A program made the position numbers and the translations under genes. DNA of 64,000 nt from Octopus sinensis. Taxonomy: Eukaryota. The notes beneath the pieces are model-generated. The model was not told where the DNA came from. It searched no databases and worked only from the letters and a program-made list of their open reading frames with translations. The DNA lies in contig NC_043000.1 in the NCBI RefSeq assembly GCF_006345805.1, forward strand, positions 101,246,001 to 101,310,000, read 5' to 3'. Positions 51,309 through 64,000 of this stretch are shown here, piece after piece. The number at the start of each line of letters is the position of its first letter. Positions within the stretch are counted from its first letter, which is position 1.

Positions 51309-52494
51309 CTGACAGCCCAATAACTGAATTATTTAAAAAATTAAAGTGATAAAACACCAGACTAAAAACAAAACCAGTCATTACTGACATAGTTAAGCAC
51401 ATTTTACCATTGCTTATTAGTTCCTTATGCTAAAACATGTAACCATATACCTACTAGTTAAATATAATACAGTTAAAAATCTTATAGCATGCTATGCAAA
51501 GCTTGCTCACAGTTATTGGTTACCTGGTGTCATCATACAGTGAAAATCTTTTGGCTATTGGATATCATCATGATCATCATCAACATTTAACGTCCGTTTT
51601 CCATGCTAGCATGGGTTGGACGGTTTTGACTGAGGGCTGGCAACCAGATGGCTGCACCAGGCTCCAATCATGATCTGGTAGAGTTTCTACAGCTGGATGC
51701 CCTTCCTAACGCCAACCATTCCGAGAGTGTAGTGGGTGCCTTTTATGTGCCACCTTTATGGGGGCCAGTCAGGTGGTACTGGCAATGACCTTGCTCGAAT
51801 CTTTTTACATGTGCCACCGACACAGGTGCCAGTGAAGCGACGTTGGTAATGATCACACTTGAATGGTGCCCTTTTACGTGCCACGGGTACGTAAGCCAGT
51901 TGGCTGCTCTGGCAATGATCACAACGATCATGCTCGGATGGTGTTCTTGGCACCCAAAGAACAGTAATGCCTCAATATATGAATTGATTTATTCCTGGAG
52001 ATGGTTTGTAAAGTGAAAACTTGTAAAGCAGAGCAATAATTTCCCAAGGCAGCAATGTTATAAATCATAATTTGCTCCTGGTAAAATATTTTATAAAATC
52101 TATAATACTTGCAAATAAATGGTAATAAAACAATAGTAGAATGTAAAGAATATTTATGTAAAGTAAAAAGAATGTCAAGATCATTTATAATAAAAAATAT
52201 TATTATAATTTCACTCACACTAGACTCATGCATACCATCATCTGTAGACATGATCCCTGATTCACAAGCACCCATAGACAGACTTGTAGATTTCTTTTTA
52301 AAAAAACAAGTCTAGAGTTGTTTGCTTAAAAGAAGCTTTTTCCACTCGTTATAAATTTCTTGGTGACACGCAGAAGCATTCGTTATGATAGTAGAAACTT
52401 TTGCACTTTGTTTAAAATTTGGATCTGTGCTTGAAAAATAAAACCCGTAAAGCAGGTCCTCGTACAGTTAGATATTACTCTATCAGTAGAGCTT

Positions 52495-52702
52495 ATATAA
52501 ATAGATAAATGATAGAAAATTAAATTCTTTATTTAAAATCACTACAATTGTTTCTGTACATTTTTACACATTTGGAAGGATGATATAGATTACACAACAT
52601 CTCACCAATGTATTGCAAATGTAAAATATGTTGAAACAATTGCAGTGATTTTTAAATAAAGAATATCGTTCATTCCATTTTCTATCATTTATCTATTTAT
52701 AT
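52495..52702. mobile_element. Second copy of the 20257 inverted-repeat family, internally deleted
   Basis: Arms tatataaatagataaatgatagaaaat..cactacaattgtttc / gaaacaattgcagtg..attttctatcatttatctatttatata; the CUGANGA half is missing. Confidence 0.7.
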
Positions 52703-53511
52703 ATGTCTATGTATTTTTAGATACTGCCTATCTAGATAAATTAACAACTTACACACTAAATTCATAGAAACTTATAATTATATTGAACTAAATAAATGCT
52801 TCTACTAGTAATCTAACCTTATCTAAATTTGCAATACTTTTTTTCTAAGATAATTACGATATTCTTGGCTAATTACATTTTCCTCCAACATTATTCTGCA
52901 TATTATAGGAGAATACATAGCTAACAATTTTGTAATTTATTTTATTCAAAGACCCAGATTACTTTTAACTTTGTAAGTCCCCTATCATTGTGATTAATCA
53001 ACTTAATTTATTTAGTTTTGTAATGTTAGTTCTTTAATGTACTAGACCAATAAGTAGTTTTGAATCTTTTCTACCTTTTAACTTGATTTTATACATATAT
53101 ATATATATACATACATATACTTACATATGCATATATGTACAAATGTATGTATCTATGTATTTATGCATGCATGTATTTAGTTAGATAAATAGCAATACAT
53201 ACATACATATATATATTTATGTATATATACACACACACACAACACACATACACATATGTATTAGTGTTTATAAATATATGTGTATGTGTGTATGTGTATG
53301 CTTATGTATGTATATGAGTGAGTGAACAAATGAAAGGAGGGCACTCAACCAATTTATTGGGTGCTACATGTATGGATCAAAACAGTTTGATTCAAATTCA
53401 TTGGCACACATGCACACACATACATGCATACACACACATATGCATTCACTTACATGTGTGCACTGGTATACATGTGCAAAAGAAGCCCGTATATATATGT
53501 ATGTGTGTATG

Positions 53512-53543
<32 letters not shown>

Positions 53544-53585
53544 CGTACATATGTATATGTGTATATATGTATGTGTATGCATATA

Positions 53586-54490
53586 TATACTAGCAGCTAA
53601 GTCTGGTTTCACCCAGTCGGTTTGGATGATGTGGTTGTAAAACCTGCTCTGTGTAAGCATTCAACTTATTTGGGCATGCTTACATTAAAAAGCAATTTTA
53701 GAATGACTTTTTTTGTCAAAACGCAAAAAAATAACTGACCAACAAAAAATAATCAACCAAGATTCAACCAAATCAAAAAATATACCCAAATACTAAGCGA
53801 ACAAAGATGAACCATCCACTTCCATTGTGTGCACACATGTACACACACGCACATGCACACAGACACATTCACATACCCCCTTTTGCATACACACACATAT
53901 ATTCACACAGAGTTGAAATGCTGTTTGATTTATCTTTTCAGCATACACTACCATGTACGACATCACCGCTTCCTTCCTTATTCATCTATCACCCCTTCCT
54001 TTGTCATTCATAGACACAAGAGTATTATTATAGTAGATTATCTCGGTAACCATGGGAGTTATGAAAAAATACAAAGCCCAGCATCACCACCGGATCATTC
54101 TACACATCTGTGTAATTTTTCATGCAATTCCACCCAGGTGTGAATCTCAAGACCATGAATCCCAAGACAAGAAAGAATCGCCCATGTCAAATTTATATGT
54201 ATAGATAATTATATACAGACTCCACCACACACACACACAAAATCCACATATTTCCTCCTTAATGAATTTCAAAGAATTATATCCAATCTCCTTTGATATT
54301 ATTGAAATACATTCAAGCTCCAAATGTTAACCACACACTTATGTATAATACAGTTAAATTTAATTAACTCATTCTTTTCAATTTTTTTAATTTTGTAAAA
54401 CATTATCTATATAAAACAGCGAATTTCTTTAGTGTAACTCTTTATAGCAAACGTTCCATTCTGTATAAATTTTACAACTTTTCCCGAATA
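53586..54490 (+). mobile_element. Probable Helitron/Helentron-like non-autonomous element
   Basis: Starts tactagcagc..ctggtttcacccag; internal blocks (gttgaaatgctgtttgattt, tatcaccccttcctt, cacaagagtattattatagtagatta) are shared with 2845-3120. Confidence 0.4.
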
Positions 54491-54924
54491 CACTCACATA
54501 TATATGCATATATACAGTTGCACTGATTTTGAAATTAAGGAAAATTTATGTATAAAAAGCTACAACTATTTATTTTCAGACATTATATGTACTCATTTGG
54601 GATATATTTGCATTTTGAATCTGACACTGTATTTTGCCATTTGTCTTTAAGCTAATAATCACATATACCATCTTCTTGGCGTAGATAAGAACGATTAATT
54701 CACAAACATCCATATCTTTTCATATCTTATTTTCACCTAAAATAAACATTTGCAAATGAACCATATTTAAATTACAAATTAACATGTTAACCGATTCACT
54801 TTATAAATTCCATTACACCTTTACCGTATCAAAGTAAACTTTTTGTAATATTTTCGATTATTCTAGAGTTGGCATCAAGATATTCAGCATCCTACGTTAC
54901 CCCTACGAAGTGCACCCCTGCTCT

Positions 54925-55350
54925 CAGACCTACATTGTGTGCTACCCTCTCTCAGCCCTACATTGTGTGCCCCCTTCTCTCAGTCCTACAATGTGTGCTC
55001 CTTTCTTCCAGCCTTACTATGTGCTCCCTTTCTCCGAGCCTTACTATTTGTCCCCTTTCTCTCAGCCCTACAATGTGTGCCTCCTTCTTCTAGCCTTACA
55101 ATTTGTCCCTTTTTCACAGCCCTGCAGTGTACACCTCATCTTACAGCCCTACAACATGTGTCCCTTTCTTCTAGCTTTACAATGTATGTGCCCCCTTCTT
55201 CCAGCTTTTCAATTTGTTCACTTTCTCCCAAGCCTGCAATGTATGTTCTCTTTTCCTGGCCTTACAAGATATGTCACCACTCCTAGTCTACCAATGTGCA
55301 CCCTTCCTCCCAGCCTTACAATGTGCACTATGTTGTCTCAGCCCTACAAT
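54925..55350. repeat. ~27-bp minisatellite, about 16 degenerate units
   Basis: Consensus cagccctacaatgtgtgccccttctct. Confidence 0.9.
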
Positions 55351-56038
55351 ATAAAAAAGAAAAATTTAAACTGACACTTCACTGGTTATGACAACAAGGG
55401 TTCCAGCCTGCTTTGTGAAGTTAATGTGAAAGTGGCTGAGCACACCACAGACACACATATCCTTAACGTACTTCTCTGGGAGATTCAGTGTGACACGGAA
55501 TGTGATAAGATTGGCCCTTTAAATTACAGGTACTACTCATTTTTGCCAGTAACATGAAATAAAGTGACTTGTTCAAGCACACAATGTACCTCCAATTTTT
55601 AAACACATGACTTTATGAGCATGAGTCCAATACTTTAACCACTACATCATGTGTCCTCACATGTACACCCTTTGTCACAAGTGTCTTTGAAATTTGCCTA
55701 AGCCATTCCCAACATCATCATGATGATCATCATCATTGTCATCGTCATCATCGTTTAATGTCCATTTTCCATACTGGCATGGGTTGGACAGCTTGATCAG
55801 AGCTGGAAAGCTGGAGAGTTGCACCGAATTCCAGTCTGATTTGGTTTGGTTTCTACAAGCTGGATGCCCTTCCTAACATCAAACACATTATAGTGTGTGC
55901 TGGGTTCTTTTAATGAGACACCTATTTTTAATATTTCCATTAAATTTATAACTTAACCAAGTTTATATTCATATTCTTCTGTCTTTACATCTAATCTACA
56001 TCCTTTTTCATGCCAAGCCCCTACTCCGACATACTTAA

Positions 56039-56948
56039 CCCTTTAGCATTCAGATTATTCTGTCAAATGTAATGCTTATTTGTAAACAATATTTTGAATT
56101 GATCTCATAGCTTTGAGATTGTGGTGATGTGATTGTATACTTTTAGAATGACATTCTAAAGTAGGTGTGAGAAGCCAAACTTAACCAATTTGTATATAGA
56201 ACAAGTAGAATATTTGGGCCATAGATGGCCAGTTTAAATGCTAATGTGTGAGTTAAGCCCTTGTGCCCTATGAAGCATAGTCCATCAATGGATTTTCTTT
56301 ACTGCTTTTGACCCTGGACTGTCTTTTCTGCTTCTATCCACTTGGACCCCCACTTCTTTTCAGCTTCCTATTGGATTTTGCTGCACTGCATCCTACAAGG
56401 AAAGCGTTTCTCTACCAGATCTTGTTGGTTTTTGAATTACTATCAGTGCTTTTGTAACTTAGCTCTTTTCTAGGTAGAGGTGTTGGCTCTATGCAAACCC
56501 TTTTTTCATCCATTGAAAGAAGTGACCTGTATTCGTCTGGCCTCTACCCTTTGATCTTTTCAGCATAGGTAGCTTTACCAAGAACACTGCACTCCACCTG
56601 GCGTAGCTCTCCAGGTCTTTGAGGAACAAAAGCCACTACACCACAACAAGAACTAGGCCTTGTAGTGGACACCTACATACACATGAATTGTATTCAATCA
56701 CTTGATCTCTTAAAAGATGACATTTCACCCTTCAGCATTCAGATTATTCATGTCAAATGTAATGCTTATTTATTCACATTGTTTTGAATTAATCATACTT
56801 CATCTCACAGCTTCAAGATTAATATAATGTGATTGTTTATTTTTACATTGGCTGTATAGGGTAGTTGTGTATGGCCTGGTCTGGCTGGTTTGAACATAAA
56901 ACAGGTAGACTATTTTGGCAGGATATGGCTGGTTTAAATGCTAAAGGA
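56039..56948. mobile_element. Two piggyBac-type family 2 MITEs (56039-56244, 56728-56948) flanking a short RTE-derived element (56250-56660, -)
   Basis: TTAAccctttagcattcag...ggccagtttaaatgctaa. The intervening segment looks like an RTE 5' UTR joined to an RTE 3' end. Confidence 0.6.
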
Positions 56949-57078
56949 TTCTACTATTTTATAACAAACACACCGCAAGAATGGAGAAAATGCATTTTCT
57001 TTTTGGTTCTAAGTATAATGTAATTTTGTATGTAATCAGGGCCATCTTAGTAGTATTATAAGCCCTAAGGCATATTAA

Positions 57079-57385
57079 CCCCTTACCCTGCAGAAACGAA
57101 TATATGCGTTTTGACCAAAATCGTTTTTTTTCTATCTCTGCCGAGTTAACACGTCAAAAGATAGACTCGACAAAATCGACAGCAAACGAGTTCCTTCGTC
57201 TAAAAACGGGTTAACTCATTTCTGCCCAAAGCTGTAATTTAAAATCAATATTATTGAATTAAAATTCATAATAAATAAGATTTGAAATATACCTCGAAAT
57301 TACCATTCAAAACAGTAAAATAAAACAATTAAAAAATATGTCTGAAAAAATACATTTATTTTCAAAATAATTGTTGGGTAAGGGG
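57079..57385. mobile_element. piggyBac-type MITE (family 3), young
   Basis: TTAA TSD at 57075-78 and 57386-89; perfect TIR ccccttaccc/gggtaagggg; CpG-rich interior. Confidence 0.88.
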
Positions 57386-57890
57386 TTAATACACTACTCT
57401 TAATGACCATGGGATTGCACCTAAAATATCTGCCTCCAAGGCATGAGTCCAGGCAAGGTTGTTTGTAGAAAACCAGCAGTTACCCATGTATACCATTGTC
57501 CCCTCTCCATGCTACTTATGTTGTCCAAGGGAAAGGCAAAGGCCAATACAGCTTGGCACTAGTAAAACCATGACACGTTTCTACAGCTGGGTGATCTGGA
57601 GCAATGTGCAACAAAATGTCTTGATCACGAACACAACACAACACACAGCCTGGTTTTGGAATGAAACTCACAGTCTCATGATGGTAAACCTGATGCTCTA
57701 ACCACTGAGCCATGTCCCTTCATTGCTCCTGTATTATACATTTATTGACAGGAAGCCACAACATACATGAATCATAATTGGGCTCCTAAACTCATGCAGC
57801 TCCTGGGCAACTGTTTAATGTACCTGTGCCTTAAAGGTGGTACTGGATGTGCCTGCTAACTATAATATATGTAATTTAGTTTTAGTGGGG

Positions 57891-58148
57891 TTAATTAACA
57901 TAATTAGCATTATTAAGCAAACTGATCTTGTGATCTTTGAATGTAATGTATGGTGTATGTTGAGCTAAATATCTTATTCTATTGCATATAATGAGGCTTG
58001 AGGCTATGTTTTGGGTTTGAGGGTTTATAGAATTCCATACATTAGTGTCAAATTTGTTGCAATCATTGGCAATATTATTGGATAATATTTTCAGAATATG
58101 TTTGTCATGGAATTGAAATATTTTTACAGTGTGCTCATTATATACCAA
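57891..58148 (-). mobile_element. Penelope-like element RT N-terminal fragment
   Basis: ...IASSLIICNRIRYLAQHTPYITFKDHKISLLNN matches the PLE motif (A)(F/Y)ITLKDHK..F.NNP. Confidence 0.7.
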
Positions 58149-58229
58149 ATTTTACGTTCTATGTTTTTCATAATTATTCATAGATTGGTAACAAGAAACA
58201 TAGACATGAATCATGAAGATTCAGCTTCC

Positions 58230-58623
58230 AATTGATTATACATACACACAAAGGTACATACATACGTACATACACATGTATGGGCATGCATACACATGCA
58301 CAAACACACACACACACACATACATGCATACGCACATATATACACATGCACATACATTTATATAGAGTGAGGTTTGATGTAACAAACAGGAAAAATAAAA
58401 TTCAATATATGAGTTACATATATATATATTTTTATACTGGCTGAAAAGTTTCAGCTGATTAATAGACACACACATATATACACATACACACACTTATATC
58501 TAATCTATACACACACATACACACATATGTATATATACATAGAGAGTGAGATCAAAAATACACAGGTACATACATGATGTCCAATGTAGCTGCAGCTCTC
58601 AAGTGAAAGAATATATAAGTATG

Positions 58624-58657
<34 letters not shown>

Positions 58658-59564
58658 CGTATACATATGTACATATATGTATATATCTATTTATCTATAT
58701 ATATGATGATTGCGTGTGTATTAATCCATATATGTGTGAGTGTATGTATGTAAGTATTTGTATATATATATATACATATATATGTAGGGACGATAGTAGA
58801 TTTACTGTTTCACTTACAAACTGTATATGTATGTGTGTATATATATATATGTATATATTTATATATGTACATATGTGTATATATGTGTGCATATATGTAT
58901 ATATATATATGTGTATATATGCATGTATATATTTGCATATATATGTATGCATATATGTATATATATGTGTGTGTGCATACATATATAATATATATACACA
59001 TAGATATACATACACATGTGCATATATACATGTGTGTATGATTTTTGTGTGTGAGTGTGAGTGCATGTGTGTATATATGTATGTGTATATATTCATGTCT
59101 ATGATTATATACATTATTTATTGTGTTATATCATTTTTAGTTTCCTCCTCTCTCTCTTATATATATATATAATCTCTTTATTGTAACAGAAGTTAAAATG
59201 TTTTGTTATTGAGTTTTGTTAGCTATTACTGGTTGTTGTGGATGTTGTTACTGTCGGTGTTTTTGGTGGTGGTGGTTGTGGCTGTGATCTTGGTTAATTG
59301 TAATCGATGGCATTCCTCTACTTTTGAATGTTGTTTTGTCATTACAATATAATACAATTGTCGGATATTGAATATATTTTTATCGTGTTGTTTGATAATC
59401 GGGAAATATGGACGGCTGATATGAATTTAGACGTGAAGGAAAGGACAGATAACATATTACATAAACACACACATGCACATACATATGTATCTGTGTGTGT
59501 GTATACATATATGTATGTGTTTGTGTGTAAATATATATACATACACACACACATATATCTCTCT

Positions 59565-59611
<47 letters not shown>

Positions 59612-59651
59612 GTTTATATTTATGTATATTGTGTTCATGTGTGTATGTGTG

Positions 59652-59708
<57 letters not shown>

Positions 59709-59960
59709 GATAGATATGAATGATAATAGATTTACTGTTTCACTTACAAACTGTATCTTTAAAGAATGTGTTGGCTTGTCTCTTACTTTGGTGTGTGTGT
59801 ATATGATGTGTCTGTATTCATACATTTTTATATGTGTTTATATATATATATACATATATGTATGAGAGCATATATATGTATATGTGCATATACATATATG
59901 TGTAAATGTGCATATGTATATCTATATATTTATATGTACATATATGGACTATAGTATGAA
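58230..59960. repeat. Large TA/TG/CA low-complexity field
   Basis: Simple repeats dominate and explain the long YI/CV ORFs in the track. Confidence 0.9.
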
Positions 59961-60726
59961 GTCTTGCATATATTTACTGTTCCTCTTACAAATTGCCTCT
60001 TTCTTTGCCTGAAAAAATTATATATACTTGTATTTCTATATGTATGTACATGTAAGTGCGTGTGTGTAAGGTTAATTTTGTCATTATTTCTGCTGTTCTA
60101 ATGGCAATGTTACATTTGAAAAAATATCACCTTCTTGTTTGTATTGTACAATATATATATATATTAATTTTAAGTAATTAAGAAATGGTTTCACTGAAAA
60201 TTCATATTTTTTAATCTTAGCAGAAAATAATTTACAAATGAAGTCTAGTAAAACTAGGACTCACTGCAGTTACTAAATATGATAAAATATGTTTTAAATT
60301 TGAAGATAAAATCTAAATATCTAGATCATATTCACATTTAGTTTCATATTTAGTTCATAAAATATATAATCTAAATATGAAAATATATGTGTTGCTAACA
60401 TATTTTTTTCCCTAAGTATAAAAATTAACTTTTTGTGAAATTAATTCTCAATTATACTTTTAATTTTATATTTTGGGATGCTCATTTTTGTTTTCTTTGC
60501 CAAATAAACATACACACCGTATATTTGTTCTTCACTCATTTATTACTCTTCTTATTCTAACTCATATTCATTGTCTGGAAATCTTTCGTTACACATTTGT
60601 GACCTCTTCAGTGATACTTTCCATCCTCATATGTGTTCCTGCTCTGCTTAGTCCATTCTGTTCATTTTTTTATTCATTCTTTTATTCTTTTTGAGTGGAT
60701 TTGGTAGAGGGAAACTGAATGAAGGC

Positions 60727-60774
<48 letters not shown>

Positions 60775-62906
60775 ATGTTTGTCCCCCTCTGTTAACCGAT
60801 AACTGGTGTGTTGCATTCCTATGGCCTGTTGGTGTGGCAATAGAGCGAATGCCAGGCTTTCAAAAAATAAGCACTGGGGTTGATTCTACTAAAATTCCTC
60901 AAGGTTGTGCCCCAGCATGGCCACAGCCTAATGACTGAAACAAGTAAAAGATAAAAGATATATGCATATATTTGTACATGTGTGTGTGAGCATGTGTGCG
61001 TGCACGTGCACACACACACAGATACACACACACACACACACACATATATATAAATTTATATATATAATATTTTGGAAGAAAAAATATAAATAATGAATGA
61101 GTCGAGATTGAACCAGTGAATGTGTTACATATTAAGGCATTAAGGCAGTATGACTCTCCCCAGACACAACAAAATCTACTTCAACACACGAATTAACATA
61201 AAGAATTTTGTAAACCAGATAAAAAAATGAAGTATGTATGTATGTGTATATAAACACTAACACATTTTATAAGCAATGGAAAGGAAAATTTGATAGCATC
61301 TATTACTGGACCTTGAAGTGACATGCATTTTGAATTATTGTAGATGAGTGATGTTTTGTTAGTTAAGATTGAGGTAAAGGAGAATTTGATAGCTGATCTT
61401 GAAGCGATGTGAATGTTGAATTATTATAGATGTGTGATGTTTTGTTGGTTAAAATTACAGGGTACAGTTTCAGTTATGATTTCGTATGATATTGGATTAA
61501 ATATTTTTATATTGGACAAATTTACAGAACAATCAAATATTTATTTTCTCCTCTTTCACAATTGCTTTGCAGAATAAAAAAACACATCATTATCATCATC
61601 ATCATCATTATTATTATTAATGTTATTACTGAGTGAGAGAGCAGTACATGCTAAGTGATGCTGGGGTACAAATATACGAAACCTAATATACTCATCATAA
61701 CTACGTGTCTGAGATGAGTACACCAGGTAATTGCATCACAGCCATATGCGCTCAACATGGTGATCTCATACCAAAAATAAGCTGTGCATGACCCTGTAGA
61801 TGGGGCCCAGTTCGAATTTTATTCAGGTTGAGTAGTCCATCTCACTCAAAAGGTCCATGAATAAGGGTTGTTTAAGGGTGATGAACAAAACATCCATGTA
61901 TCCAAAGGTGAATTATTCAAATCCTAAACAATATATCTCAATACATGGCTAGTAAGTAGATGGCAGTAATTTTGGTTACCATGATTAGGCTTGGGTTGAA
62001 TAATGGAGTGGTTTCTCATTTTTCTCTCCCAGCAGGTGGAATTTGAACTCAGGATGTAGAGAGCTGGAACATAAACAGTACAATATTTTTTGTCACTCTT
62101 CCACCTGCAAATATATATGTGCATGTGTGCTTGCCTGTGTGTGCGTATGTGCTTGCATGTGTATGTGTGTGTGTGTGCATGTGTGTGTGTGTGTACACAC
62201 ATACAAATTGAATTTTCAGATTAATTAGAGTAAATGTATTTCTAGAAAGCGGTAATTATTTTATTGAAATCTATGTAAAATTTGACATTGTGCATCTCTA
62301 GTAATTTCTGTGTAATCAGGTTTATGATTACAAAGATTGTTAGTAATTTATTATTTAATATTCAAACTTAATTTGATTCATGTAATTACAAAAGCAATAA
62401 AAGAAATCAAATAATCTTCATGTGTTTCTCATAATATATTATATACAAAATATACATTTATCATCATTCTATGATCAACAAGTTGGTTCACCTAGTTTAA
62501 GTTAATAACAGATTGATATATTTAGGACTGATAGTCAGGTTTAGGTTAATGGTACTACAGTATGTTTTCAGCCTCATTGCTTGTTGATGTTGTGTTGTTG
62601 TCTAGAACAATGTTAGTTTTCATCATGCCGTGCTGACCTCTAATAAAATTCCTTTCTGGCTATGATGATTTTGTGACATTCGTATATCTTGGAATACACT
62701 GTACAGTGTGTGGCATGTAAAAAGCACCCATCAACCCATCACACTCTACTAAGTGGTTAGCATTTGGAAGGGCATCCAGCTGTGGAAAGCATGCCACAAC
62801 AGACAGTTGGGTTCTGGACAGCTCCCTGCTAGTCAGCTTCAGCCCATGGAGGTTAAATGGTGATGATGATCACATATATGTACGTGTGTTATATATATGT
62901 ATATGT

Positions 62907-62919
<13 letters not shown>

Positions 62920-62942
<23 letters not shown>

Positions 62943-63310
62943 GTTTAACATCCGTTTTCCGCGCTAGCACAGGTTGGATGGTTCGACCGGGGTCTGGGGA
63001 GCCAGGGGCTGCTCCAGGCTCCAGTCTGATCTGGCAGTGTTTCTACAGCTGGATGCCCTTCCTAACGCCAACCACTCCGTGAGTGTAGTGGGTGCTTCTT
63101 ATGTGCGAGACAGGTCTGGCATCGGCCACGATCGGTTGGTGCTTTTTATGTGCCACCGGCACAGAAGCCAATCGAGGCGGTGCTGGCATCGGCCACGTTC
63201 GGATGGTGCTTTTTATGTGCCACGGCACAGAAGCCATCGAGGCGGTGCTGGCATCAGCCACGTTCGGATGGTACTTTTTATGTGCCACCGGCACAGAAGC
63301 CATTCGAGAT
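62920..63310 (-). mobile_element. Young family C element with about 3 internal ~65-bp tandem units
   Basis: gcatcggccacg(a/t)tcgg..ggtgctttttatgtgccaccggcacagaagcc repeated; CpGs intact. Confidence 0.85.
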
Positions 63311-64000
63311 ATATATATATACATATATATATATATACATACACACATACACATATGTGCAGAGTCCACCAAAACAAATATACACATATTTCAGGAAAAC
63401 AAAATCTGTATAAATATTTTAATTCAGTGTTATTGAAATTTATTCAGTCTTATCACAACTTGAGAAAACATCGAAAGACATATTTATATTTATAGTAGTA
63501 CTTACAAGTTACATATGTACACAGAATTTTTTGGCAGATTCTGTATATATATATATATATATCCATCGGTTTGACTATATATGTATATTTACTCCAATCT
63601 TGTTACAAACTACCAATTTCTCTACTCGTATCTGGTCTGTCTGAGCTATGATAGAAGACAAGTAACACAGTTGCCCAAAGTGTTGTGCAGTGGAATGAAA
63701 CATGAACCATCTGGTTTCAATCCGAACTTGTTAACCACACAGCCATGCCTATACCACTTACTTTATTCTGTCTTTTTGATTGCTTTTGAATTCCTTATGT
63801 CTAATATGGTCACTATGTAAAACACTATTGATTGGAACATATTTAATTCTTTGTCGACAAACACAATATCAGGCCATCTTTTATTCTTAAAGCTGATCTT
63901 TCTGAATATTGAATTTCCTGTGATTATTTTTTTATTATTATTTTTATTAATTTTCTTTGATTGTTTTCCTGAAACTTTTCAATTATATGTTGCTATTACT

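Noticed and set aside
52312-52467. CpG-retaining minus-strand frame LYEDLLYGFYFSSTDPNF...WKKLLLSKQL*
   Set aside because: A stop lies immediately upstream, only a weak GAG acceptor is available, it abuts a PLE-like element end, and no homology was recognised.
54869-55374. 115-154 aa ORFs
   Set aside because: They arise from the pyrimidine-rich 27-bp minisatellite in several frames, with no start context or splice support.
59260-59460. Unique CpG-containing island translating as [32 protein letters not shown]
   Set aside because: No credible splice sites, and the frame runs into microsatellite.
13739-59954. Dozens of 60-208 aa ORFs rich in YI, HT or CV dipeptides
   Set aside because: They are translations of (TA)n, (CA)n and (TG)n microsatellites, which lack stop codons.
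60580-60625. Minus-strand CTGAAGA...GAAAG hammerhead-like spacing
   Set aside because: Stem I does not pair and stems II and III are poor; compatible with chance.

Overview
AT-rich, repeat-saturated animal genomic DNA. The repeat inventory (tRNA-derived SINEs, RTE and Dong/R4 LINE remnants, Penelope-like pieces, piggyBac/hAT/mariner MITEs, large TA/CA/ATT microsatellite fields) is characteristic of an octopus genome (inference from repeat types). No complete gene is visible. Almost all ORFs in the supplied track are microsatellite or TE noise; only a few short candidate exons survive (best: 21152-21235 +). One full-length 5S rRNA pseudogene sits directly upstream of a tRNA-SINE. The main unexplained structure is a set of small, mostly microsatellite-flanked elements from several unrelated families. 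Each carries a minimal type I hammerhead ribozyme (CUGANGA...GAAA, short often palindromic stem III), and four are folded back on an inverted copy of themselves, including a 521-bp near-perfect palindrome at 15059-15579. A phased array of TTCCAGGAA sites (STAT-GAS-like, overlapping kB-like) lies at 23349-23590.
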